Source of the DNA: a virus
Direction: 5' to 3' (one strand)
DNA: 64,000 bases
Virus record (IMG/VR): IMGVR_UViG_3300002307_000002
Span: 27,266 to 91,265 of that record
This document shows positions 57,301-64,000 of the stretch, piece after piece (position 1 is the first letter of the stretch; each line of letters begins with the position of its first letter). The notes beneath the pieces were generated by a model. That model was not told where the DNA came from. It ran no database searches and saw nothing but the letters and a program-made list of their open reading frames with translations. The translations under genes were made by a program, and so were the position numbers.

Positions 57301-57889
57301 ACAGCCTGGTTAATGGTGCTGTAAAAGCTGTACTGCGCCAGTAGAAGGCTGCTTCTATCTGACTTGGTGTATTAAAATAATTACCAGCAGGGCTATTGAA
57401 GTTAGTTGTTTGTCCTGCAAAAACAGTATTTTGTGCATTTATAAAAAATGTACCCCAGTTATTAACTTTTAAAGTGTCTCCGGTATTTGTACCATTCAAC
57501 CCTAAATTATGACCATTACCTTGAATATAAGAATTCTGAGAAAGATTGGGATTGTTATTTAATACTTGTTGTATCCCAAAAGCACCTAAAGCCTGGCTTA
57601 ATTTGGAGAGGTTCACTTGTGCTATCCAATTACCATTTCCGAGGTATAAATACACACTACTGTCAGCAAGGCAGAACACGGCATTGGCTGTAGTATCAAC
57701 CCCTCCAGTAATTCCAGGTACATGTCCAGTGGGTGGTGTAGCTACTTTAGGCAGATACAAGTCCTTACCGAACATACCCCTTTGTACCAATGATGTCACA
57801 GATTGAGGAGATGTTTCACGAACTGGTTGTGCTGCAGCCGATAAGTTAAGCAGTAGAAAAAGGCTTAGGATTGAAAGTAGTTTATTCAT
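54308..57889 (-). CDS. tailspike/depolymerase-like beta-helix protein with signal peptide
   Basis: D.RRAFQHAID pectate-lyase-3-like start, N/G/T-rich beta-helix repeats and a fibre-like C-terminus. Confidence 0.7.
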   Translation of the reverse strand: MNKLLSILSLFLLLNLSAAAQPVRETSPQSVTSLVQRGMFGKDLYLPKVATPPTGHVPGITGGVDTTANAVFCLADSSVYLYLGNGNWIAQVNLSKLSQALGAFGIQQVLNNNPNLSQNSYIQGNGHNLGLNGTNTGDTLKVNNWGTFFINAQNTVFAGQTTNFNSPAGNYFNTPSQIEAAFYWRSTAFTAPLTRLYNTGISTGVYFNGQNTIDTVLMASDARDNYVSLTLSQTVRGIKSFSPSLSVSTSTSGTLFSPNITTTTNNNLLAGVRINPTLSGTVGTTGNNFLSLWVNNFPVLFDKDFYETGKIHGDTISISNDTTFNANRSFVVTDTTGTDAIITAFNSGKTVYLGANPTRNGYQLTVQKTTKLNDTLNYNAPTGTPAYGLYLDAGKNVIYGSVAAGNVVDTVFATIQSMVAYSGSYVNSFVYDTVAGGQFHYYSSGCPIIDSGIVIEATGKGTGCWVRNITQANGNNPDWWYRNSASASPVFDPLTQDSTTGVDMRRAFQHAIDYYPHRNGPVIVTHPYLSLDSIQLGEQTTIIGNNTLFPYQLTAGNRQNYLNKSAIFFKKPGGSNGFVTTREAVTYRNQGIRIKNVGIFGTYVTGSTQQYTGTLLRTNPNKIGGGLTKSGLPTFENIYWDGWYIAADGRDSTDSWTISGGQVSNCQWGIFGGLTQTTLNAVDIYNVDSVGFVSNATDGFGSDLIINNQFETSKPNSKAIRVSGSRNIAISHNQFQTGDVAIQVTGGVSGSAGPVNIDNNSFNTYSNSIVLDSGASRVNIFNNMFESFSSDSVGTPNFIKGRYTSYISVFDNTMFYSAGNVTDPIRIDTSTNTYIAFNKAPGFATIKQINQGTGNTYLPSYFQQDLVLSGQVPGSGTINNLIGEAWGPGNTQTPSGAQLFAMRGKVVDNTNTLTGSKVSIAGIATAAPTTTSTPTRIAFSITPINSTTLTEQMNLSGSGLSIGNGASAAAKSLDINGGARFINDIFVGSSSLNDSAIINFAASSSTKASMYFPTTGSTPTTTVDGDFWVTSSGVKFKLGTNRRFLLGPDANWSSGVIVYGNGTDLSATAAGISGQVLTSAGTGTPTWTNTQSLGSVASAGTTGTLSQTMTGGNFISVTPTGNITYNAAGSPVSGATMTFIITTSGTTSYTVTFGTSFKSMGTITTGTVSGKVFTARFVWDGTNWNEISVTTAM

Positions 57890-58595
57890 AGTCTGTAACT
57901 GTTATGTAGAAGTAGTTTGTTCCATCATGTACATCAAATCCGGGGATGGTGATTGTAAACCCACCATCAGAAAGTATACTGATTTCATTTGTAGGGTCAG
58001 ATGGATTGTTTGCATTGTAAAGCAGGTATCCAAGTCCACGGTGCCATACAAGCACTTTCTTGCCTGCCAGGCTGCTATCCTGGTACACATTTGTGCCAGT
58101 GTTGAAGCTATTCCCGGTTAGCAGCTTTGTGATGGTAGAAGCTGAGGAAGAAACATAGAGTCCATCACTGTTGATGGTGGCACGATTATCAGCTGTAGAA
58201 GACACACGGAGTGTTGCGCTGAGTTTGTTATTGCTGTAACTCAGGTCTATACTGCTGGTATCCAACACAGTAAATGAAGCTCCACCACTGTTTGCCCCAG
58301 TAATTGCAGCTGCATCAACACTGGTGATTGTATCGCTATCCTCATCCTGAGCAGCGACTTTGATAATCTGCTCCATTAGTGCAAACATTTGGTAGGCTGA
58401 GAATGGATTTACTGCTCCGGGCCGGTTATTCCATGCTGTAAGTGCTTCAAGCAGCAACTCCAGCTTCTCTCCAGTCTTCAGCTTACGGTAAAGCACACCA
58501 TACAAATCCCTTCCATACCGGTTATAGGTAATGTTAGTGATGGACTGCAGCGCAGTGTTGTACCGGCTTGTTATATCAGCATTGGATATTAGCAT
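57882..58595 (-). CDS. putative tail/structural protein
   Basis: DTSSIDL...LSATL...DGLY fibre-like segment. Confidence 0.5.
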   Translation of the reverse strand: MLISNADITSRYNTALQSITNITYNRYGRDLYGVLYRKLKTGEKLELLLEALTAWNNRPGAVNPFSAYQMFALMEQIIKVAAQDEDSDTITSVDAAAITGANSGGASFTVLDTSSIDLSYSNNKLSATLRVSSTADNRATINSDGLYVSSSASTITKLLTGNSFNTGTNVYQDSSLAGKKVLVWHRGLGYLLYNANNPSDPTNEISILSDGGFTITIPGFDVHDGTNYFYITVTDYE

Positions 58596-59362
58596 GATGT
58601 GCAACCTGCTGGTTTAGAATGTGAGCAATATGAAGCAAGTTTCACAGCCAGGTTGTGGCTATCATAATACATACCCTGACTGAATTTTACATCCCGGGCA
58701 ATTTTCTGTCGTCTCCGTTCCCAGATACGCTTGAAGTCCCCATCAGGGCAACCTGTGTCAGCCCATGCAGCAATATCCTTAGCCAAACATTTGTCACCAG
58801 CTTTAGGAATGAGTAATTTTAAATTGGATTCATACGTAACCTGATATGCCTGAGAGGCTGTTGTATCAGAAAATGCTGCAGTTACGTACCCGCCTGAACC
58901 ATTAAGTGTGCGTGTACGGTCTATGTAGTAAACGATTGTAGGGTCATTATCAGGCAGTACAAAGCCTGCTGCTGTAGCAAATATGGTAGAAGCCCCTGAT
59001 AAGGTGAAATGGGTACCACCAGGTGTGATTGTAAGAGAACCCAAGCTGGTGAAGACAACATCGTACTTGATGTCATATACACCATCGGCAAATATGCTGC
59101 TAAACCCAAGATTGGAAGCACCTACTGCTAAGCCATCTGTAAACAAATTATAAAACAGGTCAGGGGCATAGCTGTGGTAAGCTGTAAGGTCTGCAAAGTA
59201 CCCTCCTTGCAGTATCACTGCAGCAATATCTGCAGTTTCAGGATTAGGCGCACCGTACCCTCCAGGATTGGTGCTGGAATAAGCTCCTGTGGTATCTTTT
59301 ACCACAATGCTACTGGCATCATCTGAGATAGATACCAGGGATAAAACAGGTAGTAGTGCCAT
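58589..59362 (-). CDS. putative tail/structural protein
   Basis: DTTGAYSSTNPGGYGAPN and DGVY motifs. Confidence 0.55.
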   Translation of the reverse strand: MALLPVLSLVSISDDASSIVVKDTTGAYSSTNPGGYGAPNPETADIAAVILQGGYFADLTAYHSYAPDLFYNLFTDGLAVGASNLGFSSIFADGVYDIKYDVVFTSLGSLTITPGGTHFTLSGASTIFATAAGFVLPDNDPTIVYYIDRTRTLNGSGGYVTAAFSDTTASQAYQVTYESNLKLLIPKAGDKCLAKDIAAWADTGCPDGDFKRIWERRRQKIARDVKFSQGMYYDSHNLAVKLASYCSHSKPAGCTSC

Positions 59363-59423
59363 AGGACAGTGAAAGTATGCAAGATTACTACCCTCACTGT
59401 CCACTGACTATGGAGCCTATATT

Positions 59424-62400
59424 CTATTGAAGTTGACTGATGTCTTTGGTTACCAGTGTACGTATCCTGTTTACATGGTTCAATCCAGGGAAAGCTTTAG
59501 TGAATTTTAATGCCCACTTGCTGAACTCATAGTCATCATCAATTATCACTTTCCCGCTGGCTGTCATCAATGCTCCCCAGTCTTTCAGCACAGCCATAGC
59601 CGGTACCGGATTACGGAATACCTGGTCAAATACCCCGGGGGTGTAGTACAGATTAATATCCTGCTGGGTACGGATGAGTGTGTTCATCAGCATCATGTAC
59701 TGCCACTTCTTATCATCATCCTTTTCATGCAGGTGTTTCAAACCTACAATCATGGTAGTGAGCATGAGTGCAAACCCGGCTTCAGCGAAATTCCTTCTCA
59801 TGTTGTCCACATCCACAGCACTATTCTCCAGCTTTGTGCGTACCTGATTTCCTTCCTTGTCTACACTACGGATAGTATGGCCAGTAAACGGGTCAACTTT
59901 CACACCAGGTATCAAGTTCAAAAGCTGTTTACTAAACACAGAAAGTACCCCACCCAACCCAAGTCCACCCAGTGTTCTGTACCGGCCTTTAACCATCCTG
60001 TCAAGGTGGTCATCGTATCGCTCTTCCTGAAAACGGGAGTACCACCCTTCTGGCAGCCAACTCCCACGGAACTGCATGATAAGTCGTCCCAGTATATAAC
60101 TGTTGAGCATCTTAGGGTTGGCCTTATCCTGGTTACCGTGAATGATAGTGTTTACACGGGTGGCTTTCAGTTGAAACTTAGCCCACTCACTTTCTAAAGC
60201 TGGGTCAGAACTATGCCATTCAGGTCTTTCACCATACTTCTCGCTGTCCCAGTATCCTTCCTTATTCAGTGTGTTGTACAAGTTAACAGTTTTCTTCATT
60301 CCCCCTTCCTCGACTTCAACTGTATGCTTGAGCATGGTAGCTATTGTGGTAACAGCTTTCATGTAGAAATCACTCTTTCTCATCAGCTCAAATGGGCTGA
60401 TAGCATGTTTCCAACCGGGTATTTCATCATGGAACTTCTTACGGTTACCATAGCTGCTGTCTACATAGTCTCCTATAATTCCCAGCCTGTCCATCATGTT
60501 GGCAATCTTAGCCGTCTCAGCTTTATCAAATCTGGCAGCATGATAGATTTTCAAGGCCTGTCCAAAGTGTGCCCATGAGAAATCAGTTCCACCATTTGCA
60601 TGGATGGCATTGGAAATCATACCGAATGTAACGTTGGCAAAAGCTGAGAAAGGATTGTAACTCATGGCTTTGAGCTGACCAATCTTGATAAGCTTGTCAC
60701 CAATTTTACTACCGTAGAACTGATAGCCGGAATATTTATCCAGTTCTTTGTTCACTTCCTCTAAGTCCTTGTTGTATTCCTCATCTGTGTAAGGGTTTTC
60801 TGCATCAGCTTCAGCATACCGTTTCTGAATATCCTGACGTTTAAGAAGCAACTCATCTATGGTTTTCCTGATAGCAGCTTGTCTCCATGGAGATATACTG
60901 AATTTCTCACCCTGCCCTTCATTGGTTTCAGAATAGATACGGGAGCCAAGTGCACCTTCCAGCTTCTTAGGTTTACGATATAGCACTACATCCTCCAGGT
61001 TTTTCAGAGCTGCAATCGTATTTGTCAAAGCATCCCGTACAGTAACCATCCGGCCATTTTGTTCTACCTGTACTAAACCAGCTAACCGGGCCTTGTTCTC
61101 CTCGTTCAGAATGGTATTGCCCATATCAACAATAGCTTTAGCTTGGCTGGCGTACTTATAATGTGTGGCCATCATGCTGAACATATCCAATATGCCAATC
61201 ATGTCTTTACTCCTGTCTGCAATATCTGCTTCACCAGCTTCTACATGCTGGATGGGTATTTTGTTGAATGTGCGATTGTTAGCCCCTTCCTGTCCTTCAT
61301 TAGCGGTAAGGCTGCGTACTGCTCTTTCCCCCATGGTTCTGAAGTACCCGGGAATATCCAGTGCATCACTCATCATGCTTTCCCGTACTATAGGTAGGAA
61401 TTCAGGCCCCATCTTCTGCTGTACAGTGGCTGGTAGAAAAGTAGAGAGCTCATTCATGGCTTTCTTGTACCTGTCATAGATGTCCCTCAGTTTAGCATCC
61501 TTCTGTACAGCCTGGTATCTCTCGTCCCAGAACTCCTTAGCATCAGCTTTAGGGGCGTAGGTTACGTACTTTTCATAAGCTGCAGAGTGGCTACGGGCAG
61601 CACTTTCTGAGAAGAACACATTCGGGCTGTATTTCTCCTTGAAAGAATTTTGTTCAGCCTCATGCTGAGCGTACAGTTCCTTCTTGGCAGCTACCTTAGT
61701 AGCCTTTTGCTCTTCCGTGTCTTCAGGCATGCCTTCAACATTCTGTAAGTCTATGGCCAATGTATCATCCAACACTTGTAACCGGTTAGCCCTGTCCTCC
61801 ACGTATTTCTTGTACTTCCCCTGTGCTTCATTTATCAGCTTGGCAGCCTTATCCTCTCCATATTCACGTACCAGAGTGGCCCGGGCGTTATCAAATTCCT
61901 TACCGGTTTTCAGCTCACCGGTTTCAGGTTCAAAGAATTTACGGGTGTCAACAAATAATCCTTTCGCATAAGCATCACTCCAGAAACGTTCCCATACTTT
62001 AGCCTTCTGTCTGGCTTTATCAGCATCAGTCAGGCCCTCTTTAGCCTCAATAGCGTTGAGAGCACCATTCCTTTTAGTGCGTATCTCCTGTTGGTAGTTG
62101 TCCCAATCCTGGCTGTACTCTGTAACCAAACCCCAAGTGTTAGAGCCTTCTCTCATCAGCTTGGCATACACATCCTTCAGCTTGAGGCCATTTGCTTTTC
62201 CATAAGCAATCATATCATCCTTCAGGGTCATGTGTGTGATATGCCTCCTGCGTATTTCCTCATCCTCCCCACGCACGGCAGTCTCAACATACCGGCTAAG
62301 CAGTTGTGATACTTTGCTTTTTGCAGATTGGTTGGCACTACGAAGGTTGGCTTCAATAGCGTTAGAGTCTTTCAATTCTCCAGGTGTGAAATCTGCAGTG

Positions 62401-64000
62401 CTGATAGCACCGGCACCCACCTGAATCAGTCTGTCCTGCATGATGGGTACAATCAGCCTTATCTGACTGTCTGCCCGGCCACTGATGTCAAATGGCACAT
62501 CCTGAGAATACCTCCACACATTCAACAGCTTTTCAGCAGCATTGAGTTCATTGATAGAAGGAGATGGGTTAGCCAGCACATGGTCTACCCAGTTCAAGTG
62601 TTCTCCAGCTACTTTCGGTATGAGTGATAAGTCGTTCTCTTTGTTGAGTTGCTCAATCTGTTGTTCAAGCTTATCTACCCGGCTTTTAAGAGCGCCACTC
62701 ACTTGTTTGTCTCTTAGGCCAGTCTGGTCACCTATCAGGCTTCTTCTAGTTTCCTCCAGCTTACCTGTCACTTTCCGTATAGGTGTGCTGAGGTTAGTCG
62801 GGTTCTTAGCATTGTTCCAAATGTGGGCATTCATTAAGCTGAGGTCAGAAGCAGGACTGTTGAGTATACTGTTAGCCAACTTCTGTTTATAGTTCAGAAT
62901 ATCCAGTGCATGGTAAACAGCCTCTTCCATCTTGCTGCCCTGCTTGGCGCCGAGGGCCTGAGCAATGTGTCCCCATACAGCTTTCAGTGCATCCATGATG
63001 CGGGAAAGTATTCCTTTGCTTTCAGTTGTAGCTGGCTGATTGTTCAGGTAATCAATCATCTGCCGGTTAGAAAACAGGTGAGCTATGAATTCAGTCGGAG
63101 TGCTTAACCCATAATGAAGGATACCAAATTCTCCTTTGTTCTCAGCCGTCTCAGCTTTCCATCTGTCGTAGCCTATCTTAGCTATTATCTGTTTGTTGAA
63201 GTTCTCATAAGCCTCTTTACGCACAGCATCCAGAGTATCGAGTTTAGCTTTAAACTCAGGATTTTCCTCTATCAGCCTACGTACTTTCTCCAGCTTTTCC
63301 TTGAGTCCTTCACTGTATCCTCTTTTCTCCCAGCTCTCCCTGCCTTCATAAGCTGCATAGAGAAGGCCGGTGTGGTAGTGCATTGTTTCATGTATGATGT
63401 CTTCGGCAGCACCAGTACGATCACTCATGCTACGAAGATTGAAAGTCATCTTGTTACCCACACTGTCAAACCTGGCTCTGTCAGCAGTGCCTAAGTCCTC
63501 CAGATGGATGGAGAAGTCTTTACTCAGCTTGAAGATGTCGGAGTAAGCTGTAGACTCTACAGTGTTTCTTTGCAATTTCCTGAGGGAGTTGGCCATGGTT
63601 CTCAAATACTCTGGCTGAGTTCTATCCCCAGCTATCGTATCCAAAGAGCGATGTAAGTCTTCAAATGTTCCACCAGCTTCTGGCAACCCTACCTGTGACA
63701 GTACGCGCTGGGTAATGCTTTTGTTCTCTATGATTTCAGCTTTAACTTCAGGTACTCTGTTTTTCTCAACGATAGAACGGGCCTCTCCAGTAGGTTGACT
63801 TGAATACTCCAGCAGGCCACTCTTACTGTCCCCGAGCGTATCTATCTGTCGGTACACAACCCTGTCTCCCCAATCTACAGCTTTATATAGTTTCACTTCC
63901 CTGCCATCTCTGTAATGTACATAATCAGGGAGTGTTCTGTATGTTGTACCATCATCAGCAGTCACCATGATAGCCAATCCATCAGCAGGTGAAGGGCTGT
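59424..64000 (-). CDS. giant virion (ejection/cargo) protein with zincin-like motif, 5'-truncated
   Basis: More than 1500 aa, frame open to the window edge; HETMH...EFIA zincin-like motif; C-terminal QFRGSW and hydrophobic segments typical of crAss-like cargo proteins. Confidence 0.7.
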   Translation of the reverse strand, partial: SPSPADGLAIMVTADDGTTYRTLPDYVHYRDGREVKLYKAVDWGDRVVYRQIDTLGDSKSGLLEYSSQPTGEARSIVEKNRVPEVKAEIIENKSITQRVLSQVGLPEAGGTFEDLHRSLDTIAGDRTQPEYLRTMANSLRKLQRNTVESTAYSDIFKLSKDFSIHLEDLGTADRARFDSVGNKMTFNLRSMSDRTGAAEDIIHETMHYHTGLLYAAYEGRESWEKRGYSEGLKEKLEKVRRLIEENPEFKAKLDTLDAVRKEAYENFNKQIIAKIGYDRWKAETAENKGEFGILHYGLSTPTEFIAHLFSNRQMIDYLNNQPATTESKGILSRIMDALKAVWGHIAQALGAKQGSKMEEAVYHALDILNYKQKLANSILNSPASDLSLMNAHIWNNAKNPTNLSTPIRKVTGKLEETRRSLIGDQTGLRDKQVSGALKSRVDKLEQQIEQLNKENDLSLIPKVAGEHLNWVDHVLANPSPSINELNAAEKLLNVWRYSQDVPFDISGRADSQIRLIVPIMQDRLIQVGAGAISTADFTPGELKDSNAIEANLRSANQSAKSKVSQLLSRYVETAVRGEDEEIRRRHITHMTLKDDMIAYGKANGLKLKDVYAKLMREGSNTWGLVTEYSQDWDNYQQEIRTKRNGALNAIEAKEGLTDADKARQKAKVWERFWSDAYAKGLFVDTRKFFEPETGELKTGKEFDNARATLVREYGEDKAAKLINEAQGKYKKYVEDRANRLQVLDDTLAIDLQNVEGMPEDTEEQKATKVAAKKELYAQHEAEQNSFKEKYSPNVFFSESAARSHSAAYEKYVTYAPKADAKEFWDERYQAVQKDAKLRDIYDRYKKAMNELSTFLPATVQQKMGPEFLPIVRESMMSDALDIPGYFRTMGERAVRSLTANEGQEGANNRTFNKIPIQHVEAGEADIADRSKDMIGILDMFSMMATHYKYASQAKAIVDMGNTILNEENKARLAGLVQVEQNGRMVTVRDALTNTIAALKNLEDVVLYRKPKKLEGALGSRIYSETNEGQGEKFSISPWRQAAIRKTIDELLLKRQDIQKRYAEADAENPYTDEEYNKDLEEVNKELDKYSGYQFYGSKIGDKLIKIGQLKAMSYNPFSAFANVTFGMISNAIHANGGTDFSWAHFGQALKIYHAARFDKAETAKIANMMDRLGIIGDYVDSSYGNRKKFHDEIPGWKHAISPFELMRKSDFYMKAVTTIATMLKHTVEVEEGGMKKTVNLYNTLNKEGYWDSEKYGERPEWHSSDPALESEWAKFQLKATRVNTIIHGNQDKANPKMLNSYILGRLIMQFRGSWLPEGWYSRFQEERYDDHLDRMVKGRYRTLGGLGLGGVLSVFSKQLLNLIPGVKVDPFTGHTIRSVDKEGNQVRTKLENSAVDVDNMRRNFAEAGFALMLTTMIVGLKHLHEKDDDKKWQYMMLMNTLIRTQQDINLYYTPGVFDQVFRNPVPAMAVLKDWGALMTASGKVIIDDDYEFSKWALKFTKAFPGLNHVNRIRTLVTKDISQLQ

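Noticed and set aside
1-64000. Stop-codon reassignment (TAG/TGA), common in some crAss-like phages
   Set aside because: Core genes are full length in the standard code, TAG and TGA end genes at sensible positions, and no suppressor tRNA is seen.
1-64000. CRISPR array, diversity-generating retroelement or retron
   Set aside because: No regularly spaced repeats, no reverse transcriptase motif and no TR/VR pair were noticed by eye.

Overview
The window is an internal segment of a crAss-like (Crassvirales-related) phage genome, most likely from a Bacteroidota host (TAnnTTTG-type promoters, no obvious SD motifs). The standard genetic code is used. Layout: 1-12.2 kb is a minus-strand head/packaging block (major capsid protein, scaffold-like protein, portal, TerL, IHF-like protein, PD-(D/E)XK nuclease, Acb2/Tad1-like protein). 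12.3-26.7 kb is a mainly plus-strand accessory region, unusually rich in structured RNA: a complete tmRNA, several aberrant or enlarged tRNA-like elements and several stem-closed ncRNA candidates. 27-49.7 kb is a plus-strand replication and nucleotide-metabolism block (PolA, dNMP kinase, Dda-like helicase split by a group I intron, SF2 helicase, DnaB, ThyX, MazG, primase, rIIA, rIIB split by a LAGLIDADG-carrying group I intron, 5'-3' exonuclease, Tad2). 49.7-64 kb is a minus-strand lysis/tail/virion block, interrupted by a tyrosine integrase and an attP that carries the 5' half of tRNA-Gly(CCC) with its own promoter. The strongest leads are the tRNA-scaffold RNA cluster, the integration module that splits the lysis cassette, the long-tag tmRNA and the paired immune-signal sponges. 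All protein assignments come from motif recognition by eye; no database searches were run.
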